Sequence record: NC_031010.1
Reading direction: 5' to 3' (one strand)
Length of the DNA: 64,000 bases
Part shown: positions 17,672 through 27,627 of the stretch, piece by piece
How the letters are laid out: the number at the start of each line of letters is the position of its first letter
Numbering within the stretch: the first letter of the stretch is position 1
Notes under the pieces: generated by a model
Told to the model about the DNA's origin: nothing
The model's database searches: none
Seen by the model: the letters and a program-made list of their open reading frames with translations, nothing else
Translations under genes and position numbers: made by a program

Positions 17672-19279
17672 ATGTCGAACGTAACTATGGAACAAATTCA
17701 GAATATCCTGCGTCAAGCAAAAGGCAATGATGCGGTGCTGGCAAAACTGCTGGAAGCGGCTACTGCCAAAAACATGCAACTGGGTGATGCTGCAAAGATC
17801 GCACATGCTATCGCGCAGATTGCACTGGCGAAAGGTGTGGATCAGAGCACAGCTATCAACTCGCTGGTTGATGCGTTTAAAGCAGCAGTGTATCAGGGGC
17901 TGGTACAACGTGGCGAGCGTTTCCCGGATGCCAACCTGCACAACAGCTTAACCACCACGTTCAACAATGCCGTTGCGCTGATTAAGTCGCATCAGCAGAA
18001 CAGCGGCGGTCTGTTAGGCGGCGGTAACACCGGTACCAGTATTCTGGGTGCACCTAACGGTGGTGGGGTGAGTGTGGCATTGGGCGGTGGCGGTGGTATC
18101 CCACTGACTGTTGAACCTTCTGCTCCGTCGAACCCGAACTCGGAAGCAGGCTTGTCTGTGTTGACGTCTGGCAGTGTTCCTACACCGACCCCAGCGCCAG
18201 TACAGCAGCCTACGGGTCACGACCTGCTGGCCACAGCACAGGTTGCCCCTTCTACGCAAAACGGCGCACAGTTGACAGTCCTGACCGGACAGTCTGACAA
18301 CCGTGAGTTAAACGACAGTGTCTTCAACGTGATGGACGATAACATGGAAAACTATGCAGCGCATGAATTAGAAGTGAAGGTTGAGCAGGTATCTAAACCC
18401 GCTAAACAAGCGAACGCTGATGTGAAGTTGTTCACTGACGGCGGTAGCTGGCGTAAAGAGCTTGCTGACATCACTGAGAAAGATGCAAGCGCTGTGTACT
18501 TCGAAGATGCTGACATTCTGGTGCGTCTGGATGAAGATGTGCGTACCTATTACGTGGGCCATGAAGATTCCGATCGTGATATCATTCGCAGCTTCTACGA
18601 AACCCACCGTAATCTGATGTCGAATCTGTGCAAAGCACAGACCACCGACGATATCGATAAGCTCATTGCGCTGGTGCAGGGTGTGATTGCTACCCTGCGC
18701 AAGAATGCCGTCGAGCTGCATCAGAAAGTCAACGAAGGCAAGTTCAGCACCGTCACCACCGCCGGTGAAGTGCGTCGCTTTGTTAACAGCTATCTGTATC
18801 TGGTCGATATCCACGTTCACAATGCGCTGTCGATCATGACGCAGGGCGGCACTAAACTGCCAAACGGTCGTATCGTATCACTGGAACGTAAAGCAGAAGA
18901 TCTCGAATACTTCACCACGAACGTATACGAATCCACTGTGGCGGAAAACGGTACCAGCACGGAAGAAGATTGGTTCCGTGAGCTGCTGGAAATGGTTGCG
19001 GTGTCGCTGGGCAAACACAGCGTGCGTTGTGAAGGCGAAGGCACAGTGCTGCTGTTGTCCCACACCATTGCAACGGTGGTTATTCCGGGCATGTATGCCG
19101 CGGTGGATAAGGATCACACCATCGGATCACACACACTGGCCTCAACGGCGGATGCTATCTCTGATATCTACGAAGAGCTCTACAAGCATAAGCCGGGCAT
19201 GAACGTGGTACTGGAAACGCCAACCTCGCGTCACCTGCTGCTGAGCAGTGGTGGTGTGGGCGCTGCCATCCGTTACTAA
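17672..19279 (+). CDS. hypothetical two-domain protein with Gly/Pro/Ser/Thr-rich linker (535 aa)
   Basis: AAGGAGTAAC SD; helical N-terminus, low-complexity linker, globular C-terminus. Confidence 0.75.
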   Translation: MSNVTMEQIQNILRQAKGNDAVLAKLLEAATAKNMQLGDAAKIAHAIAQIALAKGVDQSTAINSLVDAFKAAVYQGLVQRGERFPDANLHNSLTTTFNNAVALIKSHQQNSGGLLGGGNTGTSILGAPNGGGVSVALGGGGGIPLTVEPSAPSNPNSEAGLSVLTSGSVPTPTPAPVQQPTGHDLLATAQVAPSTQNGAQLTVLTGQSDNRELNDSVFNVMDDNMENYAAHELEVKVEQVSKPAKQANADVKLFTDGGSWRKELADITEKDASAVYFEDADILVRLDEDVRTYYVGHEDSDRDIIRSFYETHRNLMSNLCKAQTTDDIDKLIALVQGVIATLRKNAVELHQKVNEGKFSTVTTAGEVRRFVNSYLYLVDIHVHNALSIMTQGGTKLPNGRIVSLERKAEDLEYFTTNVYESTVAENGTSTEEDWFRELLEMVAVSLGKHSVRCEGEGTVLLLSHTIATVVIPGMYAAVDKDHTIGSHTLASTADAISDIYEELYKHKPGMNVVLETPTSRHLLLSSGGVGAAIRY

Positions 19280-19287
19280 GTTAAACA

Positions 19288-19318
19288 GGGAGACTTCGGT
19301 CTCCCTTTTCTTTTATTT
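19288..19318 (+). terminator. intrinsic terminator
   Basis: GGGAGAC-TTCG-GTCTCCC plus T tract. Confidence 0.85.
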
Positions 19319-19337
19319 AATAGCAAGGAGTAATAAA

Positions 19338-19778
19338 ATGAACGAACTGCAGAAAGAGTTAATGAATGTGAATTCACTGCCAGCGACCTTTGGTGAGGCT
19401 GAGGGTGGTGTCCGTACCGCGATGATTTCTGATGAGAAACTCGCTGAGCTGTTTGTGGACACAGACGGCAGTACCGATCGCGCAGAGCATTTTGTGGAAG
19501 AGCTGGTTCAGGATGGTCAGATGTTAACCCGCGAAGCCGCTGACAAAATGGCCGAAGGTTATCGCGAAGCTGCTCGCAATACTCTACCGGGTCAGACACT
19601 GATGGTGGACAGCATGGGTAGCCTGATTAGCCATGAGCAGGCAGCACAGATTGTCCAAGATGGTCGCTTCATTCCACCTGCCAAGACACTCAAGCAGAAA
19701 CGCGCTGAGAAGGCCGCTAAGAAGCGCCAAGCGAAATACATGCGTAGCCAGTACCGTCGCGAGATGGGCATGCTCTGA
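19338..19778 (+). CDS. hypothetical protein with basic C-terminus (146 aa)
   Basis: AAGGAGTAAT SD. Confidence 0.75.
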   Translation: MNELQKELMNVNSLPATFGEAEGGVRTAMISDEKLAELFVDTDGSTDRAEHFVEELVQDGQMLTREAADKMAEGYREAARNTLPGQTLMVDSMGSLISHEQAAQIVQDGRFIPPAKTLKQKRAEKAAKKRQAKYMRSQYRREMGML

Positions 19779-19826
19779 ACACCCCAGCCCTGTTTAAATG
19801 AATAGTTACGACGTAAGGAGTAATGT

Positions 19827-19961
19827 GTGGACCCAGTAACGAAGTTCTTTTTGATTGTTTTCTGTGTGCTCTGTGCATTGGCAGGCTGTCTGTGGATCTG
19901 GCAGGAACATGGCTGGATGAAACGTATGGACAAACTCGTCCACGGGGATAAGAAGAGATGA
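19827..19961 (+). CDS. small single-TM protein (44 aa, absent from track)
   Basis: GTAAGGAGTAAT SD, GTG start; MDPVTKFFLIVFCVLCALAGCLWIWQEHGWMKRMDKLVHGDKKR. Confidence 0.7.
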   Translation: MDPVTKFFLIVFCVLCALAGCLWIWQEHGWMKRMDKLVHGDKKR

Positions 19962-20122
19962 TAACACTCTTCTGTTGGTTCTACGGTCTTCTCACTGCCG
20001 CCACGCTTGTGGCCTGCTGTGTTGCGTTCATCAATGAACTCGAAGCAGAAATCCATAAGATGACCGACTTCGAGATCCAAATGGCACGTCTGGGTTTTGT
20101 GCGTATTAAGGATAAGAAATGA
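19958..20122 (+). CDS. small single-TM protein (54 aa, absent from track)
   Basis: ATGA overlaps at both ends; MITLFCWFYGLLTAATLVACCVAFINE... Confidence 0.7.
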   Translation: MITLFCWFYGLLTAATLVACCVAFINELEAEIHKMTDFEIQMARLGFVRIKDKK

Positions 20123-20376
20123 AACGCCCACAATGGCGCGGTAAGCATCACGCGCATCTGAAGTTCCAACGTAAACAAGGTCTGCGTACCACTAAGAAGT
20201 ATCTAACGTCGCCTTACATTGTTCGGGGTAAGCATCGCGGCTCGATATCCGTTGACCCATCGGTGGTTCACGTGGTCGAGACAAGTAATACGCTCTACTT
20301 CGAAAACGAAGTGGATTTGCCGATCACAGTTAAGAGAATAGGACACCTGAATGAAAAAGGCTCAGTGGCGTGGTAA
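20119..20376 (+). CDS. small basic protein, QWRGK-HA family 1
   Basis: ATGA overlap; MKRPQWRGKHHAHLKFQRKQ. Confidence 0.65.
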   Translation: MKRPQWRGKHHAHLKFQRKQGLRTTKKYLTSPYIVRGKHRGSISVDPSVVHVVETSNTLYFENEVDLPITVKRIGHLNEKGSVAW

Positions 20377-20554
20377 GCGACATGCTTACGAACAGTTCCA
20401 GTTAAAGCAAATCCAACGGGTCTGGGTAGATTTCGTCGGGGGTGATTTTCACGAGGATACACCCGCCGAACAAATCTTGAGCAACGTGGGTATTCGGCTG
20501 GTTAAATCTGCTGACGTGAAACTGTGTTCTGATCAGCACATCGGCAACAAATAA
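20351..20554 (+). CDS. small protein, QWRGK-HA family 2
   Basis: AGGA SD; MKKAQWRGKRHAYEQFQLKQ. Confidence 0.65.
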   Translation: MKKAQWRGKRHAYEQFQLKQIQRVWVDFVGGDFHEDTPAEQILSNVGIRLVKSADVKLCSDQHIGNK

Positions 20555-20609
20555 AATAAAGTAACCCACCCCTCGGGGTGGGTACTTGCCACTACTTTCT
20601 TTTTTTTTG
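20551..20609. terminator. bidirectional terminator between convergent genes
   Basis: A tract, ACCCACCC-CTCG-GGGTGGGT, then T tract. Confidence 0.8.
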
Positions 20610-20610
20610 T

Positions 20611-23364
20611 TTACGCAGGCGGTTGAGTTGGATCGTCTGCGTTCACTGTCGGTGCAGCGCCCGGTTCGCCTTCGGCATTGTCGTCTTCCTCATTCTCATC
20701 ACCGGCATTCTCATCCGTTGACTCGTCTGATTCATCACCCATGTCGAAGTCGTCTTCGTCACCGCCTTCAGAGAACATGTCATCATCTCCTCCACCGGTG
20801 TCGTCACCACCTGCATCATCGCCAAACGACGAAGTACCGAAACCGCCACCCGCCGCATCCGGGTCACCAGACTGTTTTGCAACGGTGTCCAGTTTACCTT
20901 TCACACGGGATGCCAACTGCATCAGCATCTTGGTAGCAGACTGCTCTTCATCCGAGATAGTCTTGATAACGTCTTGACGTTTATCGTCATCGTACACCAA
21001 GTCAAACATCTCGTTCTCAATGCCCTGTTGACGCAACCACTGGCGGGCGTAGAACGTCTTAACCATGTTCTTCACATCGCCAGCGTCCATCGCAATACCG
21101 GCGTTGTTCAGCGCATTCACACGGTCATCGGTCACCACCAAGTCAGCCAGTTTATCCCAGAACTCCATACGCTTATCAAACAGATCCATCTGCGATGCTG
21201 CAGCAGAGGTATCCGGTGGTGGCAGACGGGTCTGCATGCCGTTGATAAAGGCGCGCATGTATTCACTGATACGGGTCACCAGCTCAGTTCCGGTCTTACG
21301 TTCTGAATCGCTCAGGTAGTTCGCAATGATTTCAATCATCTTCGCTTGCAGGCGAGGTGAAGACTGAATGCCGTTGGTCACGTAGCGGTTCAGTGGCTTT
21401 TCCAGAATCTCTTGCTTCTTCACAATCTGCTGGGTCACAATCAGTGACTTCGAGTAAATCTGTGAAGCGAACTCAAGGTTCTCTGGTGTCAACACGAGGT
21501 CTGGGTCAACACCGGCCAAGTGACAGGTACGACGCAGCAGCTCTTGGTCAAACTCCATGTCCGGTTCTTTATAGTCCGGCGTGGTGTCGGAAACCGAGAT
21601 TTTGTGTGACGCGTAGTGGTCGTTACCCTCAACGTTAAAGGCAATACCGGAGTTGGTTGCCATTGACCAGACATCCGACATATTCCCCCACATCGGCATA
21701 CGGCGGTTGGTGCCGTTCAGGATATCTGACTTGATACGGTCAACAGCTTCTTTACCGTTCATCGCATCCGGTGACAGGGTGATGTCGTATTGCAGGTGAC
21801 GGGCTGAGTTCAGAACCGCCGCGTTCATCCCCGCGAACAACAACGCCATACGGATGGTCGAGATAACGAACGAGCGCTCAGTAATAGAAATACCGATACC
21901 GTTGTCATCAAAGTCGGTAGCGAAGTAACACAAGTTCTCAGCCGGGATATACACCACTTGGGTATAACGTTTCGCCAAGTGACGGGTTAACACCACACGA
22001 CCAAACATTTCCGTGATACCGATATCGAGCTCTACGCCACCCAGAGCCGGTGACAGCGCTTCAGCCAACTGACCCTCAGCTAACTCGCCAAAACGTGCTG
22101 TGAGGCGATTAGAGATGTCTGGCGTCACTAACTGACCGTTACCCATGCCGAGGTTGGCACGGTTAATGATAGAATCGGTGGCACCGTCGTTGTTGAGGTA
22201 GTTCATGAAACTCGCATCGCCATACATCGACGACTTCTCATTCACGAAGTTACCGAGCTCATCAATGATGGTCAGGTAGCCGATTGGGTTCGCCGTGTCC
22301 CCTGCAATGATAACGGGCAACGTCGAAGCTGCTGGCAACTCACGCTCGATAAACTCAAGGTGGTTGTTATCGGCCATGCTGATACGCGGAACTTCTGCGT
22401 ACATCTGCTGCTCAGGGGTTTTATTGTACGTCTCATTTAAGTCACCGAGATTGAGCCAATTCTTCTTTTGCTCATTCGCATCCTTAAACTGATCCGCATC
22501 AAAGCGACCATTAAGACCCCCGTTGACCTGTTCATATGCGGTCTGTTCTAACTGACCGTACAAGCTGCTACGGCTGTCTTCACGGGCTGCACGCTGGATA
22601 GTTTCGTGTGCCACCAAGATACGATCGTTGTCGGTAATCCCGATTTCGATGCTGGTACGCCCGCCCTTGATATCGGCTTCTTTCATGCCGAGCTCAGTGA
22701 ACAACGGCTTCAGGTCAATGGTGATTTTCTGTGGGCCGTCTGGCACTTTGTTACGACGACTGAGGATACTCTCCAAACCGACTTTCTGCTCGCCATCCGG
22801 TTTCAGACTGCCTAAGTGACCCTGTTGCTTTTCAAAGACTTCTTTGTACGTCTTGGTCGCTTTGCTGGACTCGGTACCTACACGGGCATCCGTGCCTTTG
22901 AGGTTGAACAACTCGTCAAAGCCGGCATCTGAAATAAACAGCACCGGGGTAGCCCCTTGGTCACGGTTGGCGTTGTAAAGCCACTTGTAGAGCTTCTTCG
23001 GTAACTGACGCTCGCGGTCGTTAAAGTCACGCACCACTTCAATCAAGTCCGCACGCAAGTCCAACGGGATGTCTGCGTCGTTGTCGTAAATGATGGTGGT
23101 GTTAATCAAGTCTTTTGTGGACAGGACAGACGAGGTTGCGATTGTAACAATCGTTTCCAACTCCGGTAACGCCTGAAAGATTTGTTTTGAGTTACGAACA
23201 CTACGGAGACGTGAAGACGCGAATCCCATGAGTTCTGCACGGGTAGGTGTTGTACCACCCTCTTCACGCTTGCCACGCTGCTGGCCTTGGCTAGGGCTCG
23301 TTGTTTTACGCAGTAGCGCTTCAACGGCCGGGTCGCGTTCTACCAACTTCTTATTCTCGCTCAT
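20611..23364 (-). CDS. portal protein (phiKZ-type), start MSENKK
   Basis: 917 aa; IFQALPELETIVTIATSSVLS, VGTES/VGLES sites, acidic C-terminal tail; reverse-strand position before the baseplate gene matches phiKZ-like synteny; GGAGA SD. Confidence 0.8.
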   Translation of the reverse strand: MSENKKLVERDPAVEALLRKTTSPSQGQQRGKREEGGTTPTRAELMGFASSRLRSVRNSKQIFQALPELETIVTIATSSVLSTKDLINTTIIYDNDADIPLDLRADLIEVVRDFNDRERQLPKKLYKWLYNANRDQGATPVLFISDAGFDELFNLKGTDARVGTESSKATKTYKEVFEKQQGHLGSLKPDGEQKVGLESILSRRNKVPDGPQKITIDLKPLFTELGMKEADIKGGRTSIEIGITDNDRILVAHETIQRAAREDSRSSLYGQLEQTAYEQVNGGLNGRFDADQFKDANEQKKNWLNLGDLNETYNKTPEQQMYAEVPRISMADNNHLEFIERELPAASTLPVIIAGDTANPIGYLTIIDELGNFVNEKSSMYGDASFMNYLNNDGATDSIINRANLGMGNGQLVTPDISNRLTARFGELAEGQLAEALSPALGGVELDIGITEMFGRVVLTRHLAKRYTQVVYIPAENLCYFATDFDDNGIGISITERSFVISTIRMALLFAGMNAAVLNSARHLQYDITLSPDAMNGKEAVDRIKSDILNGTNRRMPMWGNMSDVWSMATNSGIAFNVEGNDHYASHKISVSDTTPDYKEPDMEFDQELLRRTCHLAGVDPDLVLTPENLEFASQIYSKSLIVTQQIVKKQEILEKPLNRYVTNGIQSSPRLQAKMIEIIANYLSDSERKTGTELVTRISEYMRAFINGMQTRLPPPDTSAAASQMDLFDKRMEFWDKLADLVVTDDRVNALNNAGIAMDAGDVKNMVKTFYARQWLRQQGIENEMFDLVYDDDKRQDVIKTISDEEQSATKMLMQLASRVKGKLDTVAKQSGDPDAAGGGFGTSSFGDDAGGDDTGGGDDDMFSEGGDEDDFDMGDESDESTDENAGDENEEDDNAEGEPGAAPTVNADDPTQPPA

Positions 23365-23376
23365 CGGGGTCTCCGG

Positions 23377-25557
23377 ATGCAAAGGTTCAATATATTTCGT
23401 GACCAGAATATCGCACTGGCGAAGTCGTTGATTTTCAAATCCGACATCATCGCCCAGCAGATGAATCTGGCTATTACAGAGAATGGCGGCACGGTCTTAA
23501 GCGACCGTTTCACATGGCGTTATTACCAACACCTTGCAGGTATTCGTCATGAAACAGACAAGCCGTTGTTAATAAGGTCACTGGATACGAAAAAGGACAT
23601 CGAGTTAACGCCGGCTAACATGGCGTTACATAAGAAAACCTCGAATGCTTATCGGGGTGACCCTGACACGTATATCGATGGTTTGATTGGCACCTACCCG
23701 GACTACGCTGTGTATATTCGTGGGGTGTTTAATCCCGTTCCTCTTTCTGTGTCGGTGCCTGCACGCGAATGCAGTATCCTTTATTACAACAAGTCATTGG
23801 TGGAGCCGCAAGAAACCTCGCTTATCACCCGAATGGAAGAATGGATTTATGCCGTTCACGTTCGTTGGATGGCCGAAGGGTGGCGGGTACACAATGATGC
23901 TTTTGTGCTGGCCTTTTACCTGAAACTGTTCCCACGCTTAGGGGCGGAGTTAATGGACCGGCGGTTGGAGAAAATCCACACCGTTGAAACCCACTCATTC
24001 CACGTCACCGAGTTCTTGGCCTCGCATCAGGAGCTGCACGAGTTTGTGCCCTACCTGACGAACAAGATGAAGTTTACGTTGTATCGCAACATCCGCTTCT
24101 GGGAACGCAACTCCGGGAAAAGCACCATCTTTGATTGGATGGTCGATACCCTGTTCACTGGCTGGTCAATGCCTGCGGTGTCCTACACGGTGAGTCAGAA
24201 GATTCACGACCCTACCACAGGTAGTGACGATGATGTAAACCCACTTCCGATCGCCTATTCGAAGTCACTGAACTACGAAGAGCGTGACTCCGGCCGTGAC
24301 TTGAATCTGTTGTCCACGAACGATGTGATTCAGAAAGAGTACGGGCTGGCGTATGACAACGCCGAGTACCAGCAGGAGTACCAAGACGACCTCGACAGCC
24401 GTTTAGGTCTCACGCTGTATGCCGCTCAGCCAACCAAGCTCGTGGAAGTGACCTCGATTGACCCGGAAGCTATCGAACGCTGGGAGTTCACGCACCTGCT
24501 GTTCAACGAATGGCTGCACTATACCGCCCGTGGCACGTACAACATCATGCACGAGGTGTTGAACCCGACCACCGGGGACACCATCAAAATCTCCACTAAA
24601 GAACTGCTGGCCTTGTATCTGTACGCTGGCTTCAAAGGCTTTAGCGGGGTGGCACTGGAGAAGATTCCTGACTTCAATGCCATGGGGGTGCTGATTAAGC
24701 GCTGGGTGTCGGTCGAGGAGATGCACAACTACCTTATCCCAAGCTGGCCCGGTCGTTACGATCGCATGGTTTCTTACTTCGCAGACACACACTACGAGCA
24801 ACTCACGCCAATTGAGAATGCCGAAGAGATGTATTCTGTGGCACAGACCATCATGCAGAACAAACGCCGCCGTTGGGTCTTTGCCGGTAACCGCAAAGTC
24901 TTGACGGAGAATGCTGCCGGTAAGCTGTTGTTCCAATACTTCTACCGCGACTACAAGTGTCCCCTGAATCTGAACTACAAGTCTTACGACGAGTTCTTCA
25001 AGATTTACAATATCGACTATACGTTGATATCACAGGAGACATGGCAGGACATCGCGAAGGACGCCTTCAACCTCGGTACCGCGTTTGAATCCAGTGCGAG
25101 TATTTCGCAGGCTGAAATCCAACGGGCCATGGTGAAACTGATATCGAAGCTTGCCTCCTATACCGTGCACTTTGCGGCGAGGATGTCAAGTGATACCTTC
25201 GACGTCACCGACCCTATCACCCCGCTGATTGATGACATGTTACTGGCCGGCTCCGGTACGATTGATGTTGACCATACCCCGGCAACCGTTGTCAGTGTGA
25301 AGTCGAAGTCCCGTGCACACTGCGACACCGTGCTGGATGTGACCCCGTCAATCAAGACGTCTGTGCCAACGCGTATTCGTGCCACGATGAACGTGTTCAT
25401 GGGCATTCAGGTCTCTACGAAGTCCAGCATCCGTGTCAACATCGAACAGCCACCGCTGGAGGTGACCGATGCTGAGTGGGAAAGCGGCGAGAAGACACTG
25501 ACCCGTCGTGTCCGCCATCGTGACCTGCCCGGATTCACCACCGACAACTTAGAGTGA
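23377..25557 (+). CDS. virion structural protein, probable baseplate wedge (726 aa)
   Basis: WRYYQHLAGIRHETD, IRSLDT, IHTVETHSFHVTEFLASH and LYRNIRF motifs recalled from phiKZ-like baseplate proteins. Confidence 0.65.
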   Translation: MQRFNIFRDQNIALAKSLIFKSDIIAQQMNLAITENGGTVLSDRFTWRYYQHLAGIRHETDKPLLIRSLDTKKDIELTPANMALHKKTSNAYRGDPDTYIDGLIGTYPDYAVYIRGVFNPVPLSVSVPARECSILYYNKSLVEPQETSLITRMEEWIYAVHVRWMAEGWRVHNDAFVLAFYLKLFPRLGAELMDRRLEKIHTVETHSFHVTEFLASHQELHEFVPYLTNKMKFTLYRNIRFWERNSGKSTIFDWMVDTLFTGWSMPAVSYTVSQKIHDPTTGSDDDVNPLPIAYSKSLNYEERDSGRDLNLLSTNDVIQKEYGLAYDNAEYQQEYQDDLDSRLGLTLYAAQPTKLVEVTSIDPEAIERWEFTHLLFNEWLHYTARGTYNIMHEVLNPTTGDTIKISTKELLALYLYAGFKGFSGVALEKIPDFNAMGVLIKRWVSVEEMHNYLIPSWPGRYDRMVSYFADTHYEQLTPIENAEEMYSVAQTIMQNKRRRWVFAGNRKVLTENAAGKLLFQYFYRDYKCPLNLNYKSYDEFFKIYNIDYTLISQETWQDIAKDAFNLGTAFESSASISQAEIQRAMVKLISKLASYTVHFAARMSSDTFDVTDPITPLIDDMLLAGSGTIDVDHTPATVVSVKSKSRAHCDTVLDVTPSIKTSVPTRIRATMNVFMGIQVSTKSSIRVNIEQPPLEVTDAEWESGEKTLTRRVRHRDLPGFTTDNLE

Positions 25558-25564
25558 GAGGCTT

Positions 25565-26092
25565 ATGACGTACCGTGTGGATTTATCTAAAACCGCACCT
25601 GAGATTCTAATTAACCGCATCAATTACGTGTTCGGCACATCTTATACTCCCGACCAACTCACCTTTGATTCGCGTGGTGCAGTGCCGTTGAGTATAGAAG
25701 AAGCCCGCCGTGAAGGTGTGGAATCGAAAGCAGCGGCGTACTATCGCAACGGGTACTCAGGTTCGCAGAACTTTGTCTTTACCCGCGGTGACTTGAACAA
25801 ACTGTTGCGGGGTGTTGTGGTGCCGGTGCCTTTGGGTGCGGTAAAGTCCAGCGAAGAGTTGGCCCCCTACATCTTTGATGAGTTAGGTGTGAACCTCAAC
25901 CCGCATCAAATCTTGATTGAACCTATCCCTGAGGATGCAACCGACTTTACGGTGCGTCTGATACCACGTCATCTGTCGTTGAAGGGTACCATTGCTATTG
26001 AGTTCGTCGACCCTACGCCGCGCAAGCTCAAAGTGCTTGTGTCCAAAACCGAACTTGATGGTTTTAGCTTTCCAGGAGAATTAAATGGCTAA
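25565..26092 (+). CDS. virion structural protein of the tail/baseplate paralog family
   Basis: LINRINYVFG...FTRGDL...LGVNL pattern shared with the 61-64 kb genes. Confidence 0.6.
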   Translation: MTYRVDLSKTAPEILINRINYVFGTSYTPDQLTFDSRGAVPLSIEEARREGVESKAAAYYRNGYSGSQNFVFTRGDLNKLLRGVVVPVPLGAVKSSEELAPYIFDELGVNLNPHQILIEPIPEDATDFTVRLIPRHLSLKGTIAIEFVDPTPRKLKVLVSKTELDGFSFPGELNG

Positions 26093-26972
26093 CAGTAAAG
26101 TCTATGACGGCAAGATTAACACGGTGACGCTGAGCGCCATGCGCTTGACGTCTGCACTGCTTTGTGGTGCACCGGTTAAGTACCCGCAGAAATCCACGTT
26201 GAATGAACACCTCAACCTGATGACGGCGAAAATACCAGACCCAGCGGCCCGTCCGACCATCAAGTACATGTGTATCGGTATCAAAGGCCACACGGCTGAA
26301 CTGGCAGATGACGACATCTACGACTTCGTCCCGCTTGGGAAGAAAGCCTCGTACTCGGGCATGTACAAAGCCATGCCGTTTGTGCTGCGCCGCATGGACA
26401 ACGACCTTTCGGATGCCCAGCGTGCCAACTACGCCTTCCGTACCAAGCTCACCATCGGTGGCGTAGACTACTGGGCGTATTACCTGAAACGTATCGACAT
26501 GCGTTCGGTGGAAACCACAGACTACGATATCCGTCGTGAGAACGGTGAAGAACGCGTTGACCTGTTTAACTACACCGACAACGAGCTGTACCCAACGCCG
26601 GGGACGCTGCCAGAATTCAACTACGACGATGACACCACCGTTGAGTTGCCGGATGGCCGTTACGCGAAGTCCAACGTGGAACTGCGGATCGGCTGGAACG
26701 ATTTCGATGTGCAGGAATACATGAACGTCTGTGCTATCATGCGCGGCAGTTCACAGTCTTCTATTGTGTCAGAAATCGCGGTGTGTTCAGGCCTTGACGC
26801 TGTTGAGTCAGGTGAGTCCGCAACCGGGTCGAAGTTCAGTTACGACGAAGCCATTGGTGTGCAGGTGATGTACTACATCGACCTCTATGCCAACCTTGCC
26901 GTAACCAACGACAACCTTGAGCTGACCATCAACATCGGCCAGACCGTGCCATTCTGGTTAGGCCCGAACTGA
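26085..26972 (+). CDS. conserved virion structural protein (295 aa)
   Basis: STLNEHL, YMCIGIKGH, PFVLRRMDNDL...RANYAFR and WAYYLKRID motifs recalled from phiKZ-like virion proteins. Confidence 0.7.
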   Translation: MANSKVYDGKINTVTLSAMRLTSALLCGAPVKYPQKSTLNEHLNLMTAKIPDPAARPTIKYMCIGIKGHTAELADDDIYDFVPLGKKASYSGMYKAMPFVLRRMDNDLSDAQRANYAFRTKLTIGGVDYWAYYLKRIDMRSVETTDYDIRRENGEERVDLFNYTDNELYPTPGTLPEFNYDDDTTVELPDGRYAKSNVELRIGWNDFDVQEYMNVCAIMRGSSQSSIVSEIAVCSGLDAVESGESATGSKFSYDEAIGVQVMYYIDLYANLAVTNDNLELTINIGQTVPFWLGPN

Positions 26973-27625
26973 TGCTGATACCCGAACCGCGGTTTCCCGA
27001 TAACTCGGTTCGAATCTGTGCTGTTGACCCCGGTACCTCGTATCTGGGTCTGGCGGTGCTCGACTGGGTGTACGGTGAGCCTCAGGCGGAAGTTGTCTGG
27101 GCAGGCACCTTGCACGCAGTTGACCCGACGCATCAAAACAGCCATTCCGAGGTGTGCGGTAAACGTGACGCCCGAATGGCAAAGTTGCAACAGGGTTACG
27201 CAGAGTTTCTGCGTATCTCACGGCCAACCTTCTGTTGTACTGAAACACCGTTTATGCAGCGTCTGAAGCTCTCGGCTTACGAGTCGGGGGTTGAGCTTCA
27301 ACAGATGCTGCGGACAACGCTGTTTGAGATCTTCCCGGAAAAGTGGCTCCATGGGTTCAATCCCATTATTGTGAAGTCCTACGTAGGTGTTGAAGCGAAG
27401 GGTACGGATAAAACGCACATGTTTAATGCCGTGACCAAGCTTTACGCTAACCGCACGTTAATCGACCTGACGGCTCTTGATGAGCACTCAATCGATGCCG
27501 TCGCGGTTGGCAACATCTTTGTCCGCACTTCACTCTTATCACTAAACAGTCTGCTCCCGCCTCGTGAGAAGAAGCCTAAAGCGCCGAAGGGCTCACGGCG
27601 GAGAAGTAGACGCCGGAGGAAGTGA
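26972..27625 (+). CDS. ruvC: RuvC-like Holliday junction resolvase
   Basis: ICAVDPGTSYLGLA, ETPF, NPIIVKSYVG and DEHSIDAVAVG give the acidic catalytic residues. Confidence 0.85.
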   Translation: MLIPEPRFPDNSVRICAVDPGTSYLGLAVLDWVYGEPQAEVVWAGTLHAVDPTHQNSHSEVCGKRDARMAKLQQGYAEFLRISRPTFCCTETPFMQRLKLSAYESGVELQQMLRTTLFEIFPEKWLHGFNPIIVKSYVGVEAKGTDKTHMFNAVTKLYANRTLIDLTALDEHSIDAVAVGNIFVRTSLLSLNSLLPPREKKPKAPKGSRRRSRRRRK

Positions 27626-27627
27626 CC

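Noticed and set aside
24403-24936. 177-aa antisense ORF inside the baseplate gene, and similar ORFs at 43805-44353 and 51108-51701
   Set aside because: Fully overlap well-supported + genes; typical shadow frames.
27007-27016. GGTTCGAATC, a tRNA T-loop-like sequence
   Set aside because: Inside the RuvC N-terminus, with no cloverleaf or acceptor stem. The GTTCGAAC copies at 4759 and 39036 are likewise not in tRNAs.
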